Assembly: GCA_964372085.1 (NCBI GenBank)
Contig: CAYJPQ010000004.1
Span: 22,247 to 86,246, forward strand
DNA length: 64,000 bases
Reading direction: 5' to 3'
Source: an uncultured Bifidobacteriaceae bacterium
Lineage (GTDB): Bacteria; Acidobacteriota; Vicinamibacteria; Vicinamibacterales; UBA2999
Shown here piece after piece: positions 1 to 7,597 of this stretch. The notes below the pieces were generated by a model. It was not told the DNA's origin. It ran no database searches and saw only the letters and a program-made list of their open reading frames with translations. Positions within the stretch are counted from its first letter, which is position 1. Each line of letters starts with the position of its first letter. The translations under genes and the position numbers were made by a program.

Positions 1-934
1 GCGCGGTGGTCACGTGGGCGATGCCGTAATCGAACCGCCTGCGGCTGCCGAAGGCCTCGGCGAAGTACCAATCCAGGGCGCTGCCGCGCTGCTCGCCGAT
101 GATCGCGGCCAGGTCATCGGCGGTCACGTCGCCTTTCCTGAAACGCCCCCGCAACGATTCCAGCGCCTGCTGCATGGCGGGCCATCCGAGGTACCGCTCC
201 AGCGTCTGCAGGGCCAGGGTCACGCGCTCCGCGTCATCCGGGTCCAGATCGAGAGCGCCCCTCCACGGGTTGGCCGCCGCCGACTCGGCGCCCGGAAACC
301 ATCGAAGCAGCGGCCGGGAGCCGACCGGGCGTGGCGACAGCGGCACCGAGCGGATCGGAAACGGCAGCAGCCCGCCAAAGTAGCGGGGCACCGCGAACTG
401 GCGGTTCTCGAGCACCGCGTGAACGCCTCGCATGGCGACATACCGATCGAGTCCTGCGAGAAACGGCGTCGCGCCCCGCCTCGAGACGGGACGCATCCAG
501 AACTGCCGGCCGATCGCGGCGATGAGCACGCGCTCAGCCGTCGTGTCGCGTTCGAACGCCACCCAGGACGTGCGCGTCGTCACCACGCCGGGGATGGCCT
601 CGGCGGGCGGATCCACACCCCACGGCAGGTCCACCACGGTGAGGGACGAGCCGCCGAACGGACCAAACCACTGGCTGAACAGGGCCAGCGATGCCCGGGC
701 GGTGTCGACCAGCCGACGCGTCTGCATGGAGTGGCCAGGCTTGACGAAGAGCCGCACCTCGAGCGGCGGCCGCTCTCCGGCCGCGAATTGCTCGACGCGC
801 ATCTCGAGGCCCACCGCCGTGGCCCACGCGGGGGAAAGGTCCGACGGCGCCAGGGGCCGGGCGAGCGCCTGACCCGCGGACATCGCGGTCAGCACGACGA
901 GCCCACTGGCGCGGAGGAGTCGCCAACGCTGCAC
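1..934 (-). CDS. Secreted hypothetical protein, 3' end cut by window edge (M1/gluzincin-peptidase-like region, no HEXXH seen)
   Basis: The minus-strand frame is open from nt 976 down to nt 1; I scanned for in-frame tta/cta/tca and found none. It is absent from the ORF track because it has no stop inside the window. GTG at 934 gives VQRWRLLRASGLVVLTAMSAGQALA, a signal-peptide-like N-terminus. The downstream text (..LERYLGWPAMQQALESL..DWYFAEAFG) reads like real protein, unlike the plus-strand 14..961 shadow ORF. Confidence 0.55.
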   Translation of the reverse strand, partial: MQRWRLLRASGLVVLTAMSAGQALARPLAPSDLSPAWATAVGLEMRVEQFAAGERPPLEVRLFVKPGHSMQTRRLVDTARASLALFSQWFGPFGGSSLTVVDLPWGVDPPAEAIPGVVTTRTSWVAFERDTTAERVLIAAIGRQFWMRPVSRRGATPFLAGLDRYVAMRGVHAVLENRQFAVPRYFGGLLPFPIRSVPLSPRPVGSRPLLRWFPGAESAAANPWRGALDLDPDDAERVTLALQTLERYLGWPAMQQALESLRGRFRKGDVTADDLAAIIGEQRGSALDWYFAEAFGSRRRFDYGIAHVTTA

Positions 935-957
935 GGGGGCTATAGTACACTGCCGGT

Positions 958-2613
958 TTGATATCTCGGCGTTCCTTCATGCGCGGCGCCATCACCGGCG
1001 CCCTGCTCGGGCCTGTGGTGACGCGGCCGCGGATGATGGCGGCGGCGGGCGAGATCCTGTACAACGGCATCAGGCTGGGCACGCCGTGGCCGCCGCGCCT
1101 GAAATCTCCCAACGAGAGCACGGTCCGTCCGCCCTACCTGGCCGATCCGCCCGCGGTGATCCCAATCGACGTGGGCCGCCAACTCTTCGTCGACGACTTC
1201 CTGATCGATTCGACGACCCTGACGCGCACCTGGCACCATGCCACGTATCATCCTGGCAATCCCGTCCTGCGCCCCGAGACCGAATGGGAGCGCCGCGACC
1301 CGGTGGCCGAGCGCACGAACCAGCCGCTCAACCCGTCGGCCATGGTGTTCAGCGACGGCGTCTTCTTCGATCCGCAGGCGCAGCTCTACAAGATGTGGTA
1401 CATGGCCGGCTATGGGGCCGCCACGTGCCTGGCGACATCTCGCGACGGCATCACGTGGCAGCGCCCTCAGTTCGACGTCGTGCCCGGCACCAACATCGTC
1501 AACACCGACGTCCGCGACTCGAGCACCGTGTGGATGGATCCGGTGGATGCCGATCCTCTCCGGCGCTACAAGATGTCGATCTGGTACGACGGCTTGCTGG
1601 TGCTGTACGTGTCGCCCGACGGCATCCACTGGCGCAAGGTGGGCACGTCGGGCCCGGCCCTCGACCGCTCCACGTTTTTCTACAACGCCTTCAGGAACGT
1701 CTGGGTCTACAGCCTTCGGGGCACGTTGTACGAAGGCGCGGTGAGCGGCCGCTACCGGCTCTACCAGGAGACCCCGGATTTCGCCGAGGCCCGATGGGGC
1801 CCGCGCGAGCCCGTCGCCTGGGTGAAGGCGGACGCATACGATCCGGCCATCCAGGGCGTGCAGACCGAATCGGAGATCTACAACCTCGATTGCGTGGGGT
1901 ACGAGAGCGTGCTGCTCGGCTTGTTCTCGATCTGGCGGGGCGAGTCGAATGCGCGGGAGAAGGTCAACGAGATCGTGGTGGGGTTCAGCCGCGACGGGTT
2001 CCATTGGGATCGCCCCGACCGGACGTCGTTCCTCCCCGTTTCCGAGACGCCCGGCAGTTGGAACTGGGCCAACATCCAGACGGCGGGAGGCGCCTGCCTC
2101 ATCGTGGGCGACCAACTGCATTTCTACGTCAGTGGACGGCAAGGCGAGCCGGGCACGAACCGGCCCGGCGTGTGCTCCACCGGCCTCGCCACGCTTCGGC
2201 GGGACGGGTTCGCCTCGATGGACTGGCGGCCCGAAGAGGCGCGCGCGCGGCGATGGGCCGCGGCCGGCGAGCTGACCACCAGGCCGGTGCGGTTCGCGGG
2301 CCGGCACCTGTTCGTCAACGCGGCAATGGACGGGGGCGAGCTGCGCGTGGACGTGCTCGATGAGCAGGGGGCGGTCATCCCGGCGTTCAGCAAGGAGCGC
2401 TGCGAGCCGGTCACGCGCGATGGCGCCCGCCTGGCCGTCAACTGGACCGCCGCGTCCATCGGCGACCTGGCGGGCCGGCCGGTCCGCTTCCGCTTCTCGA
2501 TGACGCGAGGCCGCCTGTATGCCTTCTGGGTGAGCCCGTGGCCGTCGGGCGAGAGCCAGGGGGCCACCGCGGCCGGCGGGCCGGGGTTGTCGGGCATCAT
2601 GGACCGCCGATAG
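958..2613 (+). CDS. Tat-exported Asp-box (BNR-like) beta-propeller protein, probable secreted glycoside hydrolase
   Basis: The TTG start gives MISRRSFMRGAITGALLG, with a twin-arginine SRRxF motif. Three SxDGxxW Asp-box-like repeats are present (SRDGITW, SPDGIHW, SRDGFHW). Amino-acid composition is balanced, unlike the antisense 940..2655 ORF. Confidence 0.75.
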   Translation: MISRRSFMRGAITGALLGPVVTRPRMMAAAGEILYNGIRLGTPWPPRLKSPNESTVRPPYLADPPAVIPIDVGRQLFVDDFLIDSTTLTRTWHHATYHPGNPVLRPETEWERRDPVAERTNQPLNPSAMVFSDGVFFDPQAQLYKMWYMAGYGAATCLATSRDGITWQRPQFDVVPGTNIVNTDVRDSSTVWMDPVDADPLRRYKMSIWYDGLLVLYVSPDGIHWRKVGTSGPALDRSTFFYNAFRNVWVYSLRGTLYEGAVSGRYRLYQETPDFAEARWGPREPVAWVKADAYDPAIQGVQTESEIYNLDCVGYESVLLGLFSIWRGESNAREKVNEIVVGFSRDGFHWDRPDRTSFLPVSETPGSWNWANIQTAGGACLIVGDQLHFYVSGRQGEPGTNRPGVCSTGLATLRRDGFASMDWRPEEARARRWAAAGELTTRPVRFAGRHLFVNAAMDGGELRVDVLDEQGAVIPAFSKERCEPVTRDGARLAVNWTAASIGDLAGRPVRFRFSMTRGRLYAFWVSPWPSGESQGATAAGGPGLSGIMDRR

Positions 2614-2760
2614 CCAATCGGGCGCCACCCTGACGCGCATCCTCACGCACACCACGGGCCTGCTGACTAACCGGGGCTGGCTGAAGGGATGCGGCCCGAG
2701 GATGGGCTGGAGAGGCGGGGTGGGGCCCGTCGGCCACGTCAGACGGGTGGGGCGAGGCGT

Positions 2761-4209
2761 TCAGTCATTGAAGCGGCGCTCGACCCAGCGGATCGCACCG
2801 CGCGACACGGCCATGAGGAGGCCAAGTAGGGCGACATAGATCAGGAACACGCTGATCGAGTAGTTGTAGTACCGGTACGCCGCGAGAATCACCGCCTGGG
2901 CCAGCGCCGCGCCGAGCACCACGCCCTTCACGAACGTGACGCGGTCTTTCTGGCTGAAGTGATCCCAGGTGCCGCGGTAGACGCCCACCATGAAGAACCC
3001 CACGAGTTGCGCCGCCAGGACGATGGGCAGCGAGCGATAGAAGTTCTCGGCGTTCTGCAGGAACGCCTCCTGCTCGAACCGTAGGCGGTTGGCCGCGTAA
3101 TAGGCCACACCGGCCAGCCCGAAGTCGAGGATGACCTCCGCCACGCGACGCTTGTACGGGAATTCCAAGGCCAGCGGCGTCACCGCCGAGGTTGGCGCGG
3201 TGTCCCCGTACACACGCACGCGCGCCAACAACACGGCCAGCACGCACATCGCGGCCAGGAAGCCGGCGCCGGCCAGCAGCGAGCCCCCGTCGCTGGCATT
3301 GCGCAGCAACAAGCCCACGACGCCACCGATGGCCGCCAGCGACCAGAGGACGAACACGGCCGACCGTTCAGACAGCCCGAGGCCCACGAGCCGGTGCGAC
3401 GAGTGGTCGCGGCCGCCCATCGCTGGTGACCGGCCGGCCAGCAGGCGCAGCACCGTGACCAGCGTCGTGTCGAAGATGGGGATGAGCAGCACGAACACCG
3501 GGCCCGCAATCGCCGAGATCACGTCCGACCGGCTGCCGCGCACGCCCTCGTCGTTCAACGTGAGGATGGCCAGGCTGAAGCCCAGCATCAGGCTCCCGCT
3601 GTCCCCCATGAAGATCGACGCGGGCGGGAAATTGTAGACGAGGAACCCGGCCACGCTCCCGGCCAGCACGGCCAGAAACACCACCTGGGGCTGCGCGGCC
3701 TCGCGCGACGCGCCGGTCAGCAGGCCCGCCATCAGCATCACGGCCACCACCAGCGCCGTGCCCGCGCAGAGCCCGTCCATGTTGTCGAGCAGGTTGAACG
3801 CGTTGGTCAGCCCCACGATCCAGATCATCGTGACGATGCTGTCGAGCAGCCGCGACTCGAGCCAGTCGAGCCGGTACCCGAAGTACACCACGCTGGCCGC
3901 CATGGCGATCTGGCCAATGAGCTTGGTCGACGGCTTGAGCGCCAGCACGTCGTCCAGCAGCCCGAGGATGAACACGGCCATGGCCGCCGTCAGCGGCACG
4001 ACCGTCTCTCGCGCCACGCCGGCCGCCATCGTGCCCCCGAGCGTCGCCAGGGCAATCGCCACGCCGCCCAGCAGCGGCACCACCTGGCGGTGCCATCGAT
4101 CGTTGCGCGGGTGCGCGACGAGGCCGGTGCGGCGGGCCACGACACGGCACACCGGCACGAGAAGGACCGCGAGGACGAACCCGAGCAGCGCCGGTTGCAC
4201 CAGGCTCAC
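2761..4209 (-). CDS. Polyprenyl-phosphate HexNAc-1-phosphate transferase (WecA/MraY superfamily) with extra C-terminal 4-TM module
   Basis: Contains the family motifs NAFNLLDNMDGL and IFMGDSGS plus many TM segments. The last ~120 aa (RRVAEVILDFGLAGVAYYAANRLRF..GVYRGTWDHFS..) look like the N-terminal membrane domain of WbaP/CapD(PglF/WbpM)-type proteins. I set the start at GTG 4209, which gives a GTGA overlap with the upstream stop. The ORF-track start at 4245 is also GTG. Confidence 0.85.
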   Translation of the reverse strand: MSLVQPALLGFVLAVLLVPVCRVVARRTGLVAHPRNDRWHRQVVPLLGGVAIALATLGGTMAAGVARETVVPLTAAMAVFILGLLDDVLALKPSTKLIGQIAMAASVVYFGYRLDWLESRLLDSIVTMIWIVGLTNAFNLLDNMDGLCAGTALVVAVMLMAGLLTGASREAAQPQVVFLAVLAGSVAGFLVYNFPPASIFMGDSGSLMLGFSLAILTLNDEGVRGSRSDVISAIAGPVFVLLIPIFDTTLVTVLRLLAGRSPAMGGRDHSSHRLVGLGLSERSAVFVLWSLAAIGGVVGLLLRNASDGGSLLAGAGFLAAMCVLAVLLARVRVYGDTAPTSAVTPLALEFPYKRRVAEVILDFGLAGVAYYAANRLRFEQEAFLQNAENFYRSLPIVLAAQLVGFFMVGVYRGTWDHFSQKDRVTFVKGVVLGAALAQAVILAAYRYYNYSISVFLIYVALLGLLMAVSRGAIRWVERRFND

Positions 4210-6128
4210 CGCGGGGCCCTCCACGATGGCAGCAGGGCCAGCCACCGTTCGAAGGTCAGCAGCGTCCAGAGCCGGTGGCCGTGGTTGGCGCGACCCGACG
4301 CGTGGTCGGCGAGCAGGCCGCGCACGTAGGGCTGCGAGACGTACGTCCGGAGGTGCGCGGAGGGGGCCAGCAAGGTGTCGCGGACATAATCGCCCAGTTC
4401 GGCCCTGAACCAGGCGTCAAGCGGCACGCCGAAGCCCTTCTTCCCGCCGCGCTGCACGGGCGCTGGCACCAGGTCGGCAAAGGCGTCGCGCAGGACTTGT
4501 TTGGTGGTGCGTCCGTGCAGCTTGAACGCGTCCGGCAGGCTGGCGACGTATTCCACGAGGGCGCGGTCCAGGAAGGGCGCGCGCGCCTCGAGCGAGTTGG
4601 CCATCGACATGCGATCGGCCTTCACCAGCAGGTCGTCGTGCAGGTAGCTGTGGAAGTTCGCCGCCAGCAGCCGGCTCAGCGGCGAGGCGCCGTCGATGCC
4701 GGCCAGCAGCTTCAGGTGGCGGCCGCGGTCGATCGGCCCGACGCGGGAGAGCAGGTCGGGGGCCAGCAACTGCTCGGCGTCGTCGTAGAAGGCGCCCGCC
4801 CACTGTGCCGCCCGGGCCTGGAGAGGCAGCCGCACGGCACGCGCGAAGCGGCGGGCCCGCGCCAGCCAGTGCCGCTCGTTCCGCGGAGATGGGAGAGGCG
4901 CGAGCATCGCCGACAGGGCGTCGCCCGCCCACCCGGGTATTCGTTCGGCTGCCAGCGCCGCCGCAAATCGCAGGTAGCCCGCAAACACCTCGTCGCCGCC
5001 ATCCCCGGTGAGCGCCACCGTGACGTGCTCGCGCGTGAGCTTCGAGACGAGGTAGGTGGGAATCGCCGACGAGTCGGCGAACGGCCCGTCGTGGTGGTAC
5101 ACCAGCGTGTCGAGCAGATCGATTGCCGACGGCTTCACCCGAAACTCGGTGTGGCGGGTGCCGAAATGCCGGGCCGTATCACGCGCGATCGCCGTTTCGT
5201 CGAAGGCCTCATCGCCCTCGAACCCGATGGTGAACGTCCGGACCGGCTCACCCATCAGCCGGCTCATCACCCCGACGACAATCGTCGAGTCGATTCCCCC
5301 GCTCAGGAAGGCCCCGAGCGGCACGTCGCTCATGAGCCGGCGCTCCACCGCGGCGGTGACGAGCTCACGCACCTTCAGCGTCGCGGTGGCGAGGTCTGGC
5401 GTTGCAGGAACCTGTCCCGCCGTAGCCTTGGCGGAGGCGGAAAACGTTAGCTGCCAATACCGCCGGGCCGTTTCCTTGCCGTGGCGGTCGAAGGTCAGCA
5501 CCGTGCCGGGCTCCACCTGCTTCACGCCCCGGTAGAAGGTCCGCGGGTGCGGTACGTACCCGTGGAGGAAGTAGTACGGCACGGCCGATTCGTCGACGTC
5601 GATGGCGAGGTCGGGATGCGCCATCAGCGCCTTGATTTCCGAGGCAAACACCGCCCGGCGATCGTCGCGCCACACATACAGCGGCTTCTTCCCCACGCGG
5701 TCGCGTGCCAGCGTGAGCCGGCCGGTGCGGCCGTCCCACACCGCAAGGGCGAACATGCCGTCGAGCTCGTCGATCGCGCGGTCGCCGAGTTCCTCGTAGA
5801 GGTGCACGATCACCTCCGAGTCGGCGTTCGACCGGAATTGGTGGCCCCGGGCCACCAGGCCCTTGCGGATATCCCGGTAGTTGTAGATCTCCCCGTTGAA
5901 GACAAGCTGGATGGCGCCGTCTTCGTTGCCAATCGGCTGGTTCGCCGCCGACCGCAGGTCGATGATGCTGAGGCGGCGAAAGGCCAGGCCCGTGCGCGCG
6001 CCCGGAGCCAGGAACGTGGCGCCGTGGTCGGGGCCGCGATGCTGGAGCCTGTCGGACATGGCCCTCAGCGCCGGCTCAGACACCGGGCGGCCGGCCGCAA
6101 AACTCATTTCCCCACAAATGCCGCACAT
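4206..6128 (-). CDS. Asparagine synthase (glutamine-hydrolysing) family amidotransferase, paralog 1
   Basis: Starts MCGICG, giving the Cys2 nucleophile of class-II glutamine amidotransferases. The synthetase half carries the PP-loop SGGIDS. Length is 640 aa. Confidence 0.9.
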   Translation of the reverse strand: MCGICGEMSFAAGRPVSEPALRAMSDRLQHRGPDHGATFLAPGARTGLAFRRLSIIDLRSAANQPIGNEDGAIQLVFNGEIYNYRDIRKGLVARGHQFRSNADSEVIVHLYEELGDRAIDELDGMFALAVWDGRTGRLTLARDRVGKKPLYVWRDDRRAVFASEIKALMAHPDLAIDVDESAVPYYFLHGYVPHPRTFYRGVKQVEPGTVLTFDRHGKETARRYWQLTFSASAKATAGQVPATPDLATATLKVRELVTAAVERRLMSDVPLGAFLSGGIDSTIVVGVMSRLMGEPVRTFTIGFEGDEAFDETAIARDTARHFGTRHTEFRVKPSAIDLLDTLVYHHDGPFADSSAIPTYLVSKLTREHVTVALTGDGGDEVFAGYLRFAAALAAERIPGWAGDALSAMLAPLPSPRNERHWLARARRFARAVRLPLQARAAQWAGAFYDDAEQLLAPDLLSRVGPIDRGRHLKLLAGIDGASPLSRLLAANFHSYLHDDLLVKADRMSMANSLEARAPFLDRALVEYVASLPDAFKLHGRTTKQVLRDAFADLVPAPVQRGGKKGFGVPLDAWFRAELGDYVRDTLLAPSAHLRTYVSQPYVRGLLADHASGRANHGHRLWTLLTFERWLALLPSWRAPR

Positions 6129-6201
6129 ATGCTGGTCAGTGAGCCGAGGGCAGTAACGAACTGGTGCGCAGGAAGTCGAACAAGGCGTCTTGGCTGGGAG
6201 A

Positions 6202-6462
6202 CTATCTGCACACGTCGCCGCGGTGCGCGACCTTGAGCACGAGCACGATCAGCACGGCGTCGTGGACTTCGTAGAGGACTCGGTAATCTCCAACCCGAAG
6301 GCGGAGGACGCCGGGCTCGCCGGTGAGGGCCTTCACGCCTGGAGGGCGCGGGTTGTCCTGCAAGGCCAGCAGGCGCTTGTCGAGTCGCTTCTGGATGTCT
6401 CGTGGAAGAGCGAGAAAGGCACGCTCGGCGGACGGCTTGAACAGGACGCGGTAGCCGCCCAC
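6202..6462 (-). CDS. RelE/ParE-family type II toxin
   Basis: 86-aa ORF (..LRLRVGDYRVLYEVHDAVLIVLVLKVAHRGDV) with RelE/ParE-like layout. It lies 8 nt downstream of a Phd/YefM-type gene on the same strand. Confidence 0.8.
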   Translation of the reverse strand: MGGYRVLFKPSAERAFLALPRDIQKRLDKRLLALQDNPRPPGVKALTGEPGVLRLRVGDYRVLYEVHDAVLIVLVLKVAHRGDVCR

Positions 6463-6470
6463 GTGAACAA

Positions 6471-6719
6471 CTATGCAAGGCCGGCCTTCCGGCGGACCTC
6501 TTCGTACGGGGTGTCGCCGGGTTCTTCGCGTGCGGCCAGGACGGCTTCCGCATCGAGGCGGTCTTCGAGGGACTCGAGCAGCGCCAGATCGTCAACCGAC
6601 ACCAGCGCGGCCACGGCCTTCCCGTGCCGCTCGAGGACGATCCGCTCGCCCTTGTAAGCGACCCGGTTAAGCGTCTCGGAGAACGAATTGCGGACAGCGG
6701 TGGCAGGAATACGCGGCAT
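6471..6719 (-). CDS. Phd/YefM-family type II antitoxin
   Basis: Sequence is MPRIPATAVRNSFSETLNRVAYKGERIVLERHGKAVAALVSVDD.. The ORF-track start at 6764 would place a promoter-like TTGACG-17nt-AATATT element inside the CDS, so I start at ATG 6719. Confidence 0.8.
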   Translation of the reverse strand: MPRIPATAVRNSFSETLNRVAYKGERIVLERHGKAVAALVSVDDLALLESLEDRLDAEAVLAAREEPGDTPYEEVRRKAGLA

Positions 6720-6731
6720 GTTCGTTTCGTA

Positions 6732-6760
6732 AATATTGACAGTCTTGTACGTTACGTCAA
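6732..6760 (-). promoter_or_regulatory. Candidate sigma70-like promoter/operator of the phd-relE pair
   Basis: On the minus strand: TTGACG (6760-6755), a 17-nt spacer, then AATATT (6737-6732), ending 12 nt before ATG 6719. The spacer is bracketed by inverted pentamers TTGAC/GTCAA. This is a pattern match only. Confidence 0.35.
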
Positions 6761-6829
6761 CCATTTCCGTGATGCATGTCGCGCCGATAGCATCTTGACA
6801 GCACCATAATCAGGCATCATGATGCACTC

Positions 6830-7111
6830 ATGCGGACCACGGTGACGTTGGACCCGGATGTCGAGCGACTGCTGAGAGAGGCCATGCATCGTTCGCGCCT
6901 GTCCTTCAAGGAGACTCTGAACCGCGCCCTTCGTGCTGCCCTGGGTCGCGAGCCGGCCCGATCCGGTCGTCCCGCGTTTGTCGTTGCGGCGCGGTCTCTG
7001 GGATTGCGGGCGGGCATCGACCCCACGAGTTTCAACAAGCTCGCCGACGAGCTGGAGGCCGACGCGATCCGGGAGCAGCAACTGCGCATGACGGGCCATG
7101 ATCGTCCCTGA
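6830..7111 (+). CDS. vapB: VapB-type type II antitoxin
   Basis: The MRTTVTLDPDVERLLREAM.. N-terminus is typical of antitoxins paired with PIN toxins. It overlaps the downstream PIN gene by 14 nt. Confidence 0.8.
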   Translation: MRTTVTLDPDVERLLREAMHRSRLSFKETLNRALRAALGREPARSGRPAFVVAARSLGLRAGIDPTSFNKLADELEADAIREQQLRMTGHDRP

Positions 7112-7574
7112 CGTCAACCTGTTGCTGTACGCCTACGACACCAATTCGCGGTTCCATGCCGCGGCTGCCGCGTGGTGGCGATCGTGCCTGGGTGGCAACG
7201 AGCCCGTGGGGATCCCGTTGGTGGTCGCGTTCGGGTTCGTGCGCGTCGCCACAAGCGCTCGCGTCTTCGAACAGCCGATGACGCCGGGCGAGGCCGCCGG
7301 TCACATCCGCGCCTGGCTGGCGCAGCCGGTGGTGGAGGTCCTGGAACCTCGCGCCGATCACCTCGAGCGCGTGCTCTCCCTGCTGGAGTCGCTCGGCACC
7401 GGAGGGAATCTGGTGACCGATGCGCAGATTGCCGCGCACGTCCTCGACGCCGATGCGGTCCTGCACACCGCCGATACCGACTTTCTCAGGTTCCCCGCAC
7501 TGCGCTGGCTCAATCCGCTCACGGGCATCACCAGCCCCACGGCGCCAGCGCGCCCTGACCCGTCACAGGGTTAG
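7098..7574 (+). CDS. vapC: VapC PIN-domain ribonuclease toxin
   Basis: Acidic PIN residues sit in the expected places (MIVPDVN.., ..LVTDAQIAAH.., ..HTADTDF). It is 158 aa and coupled to vapB. Confidence 0.85.
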   Translation: MIVPDVNLLLYAYDTNSRFHAAAAAWWRSCLGGNEPVGIPLVVAFGFVRVATSARVFEQPMTPGEAAGHIRAWLAQPVVEVLEPRADHLERVLSLLESLGTGGNLVTDAQIAAHVLDADAVLHTADTDFLRFPALRWLNPLTGITSPTAPARPDPSQG

Positions 7575-7597
7575 CGCGCCGACGATAGGCGGCCGAT

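Noticed and set aside
14-961. 315-aa plus-strand ORF at the left edge
   Set aside because: Its translation is Arg/Gly/Pro/His-rich low-complexity text. The opposite strand carries an open frame with a signal peptide and protein-like sequence, so this is a shadow ORF of a high-GC gene.
958-2613. Calling the Asp-box protein a sialidase (GH33)
   Set aside because: Asp-boxes are not specific to sialidases, and I could not find an FRIP-type motif. I kept it as a generic beta-propeller hydrolase-like protein.
940-2655. 571-aa minus-strand ORF
   Set aside because: It is antisense to the Tat/Asp-box gene. The composition is dominated by R, A, G and P and no motifs are present, so it is a shadow ORF.
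6720-6764. 15-codon N-terminal extension of the Phd-like ORF (MVDVTYKTVNIYETN)
   Set aside because: This stretch is A/T-rich and contains a well-spaced TTGACG/AATATT promoter-like pair, and conserved Phd/YefM sequence begins at the internal Met. I treat it as promoter DNA. Coordinates are given high-to-low because the feature is on the minus strand.
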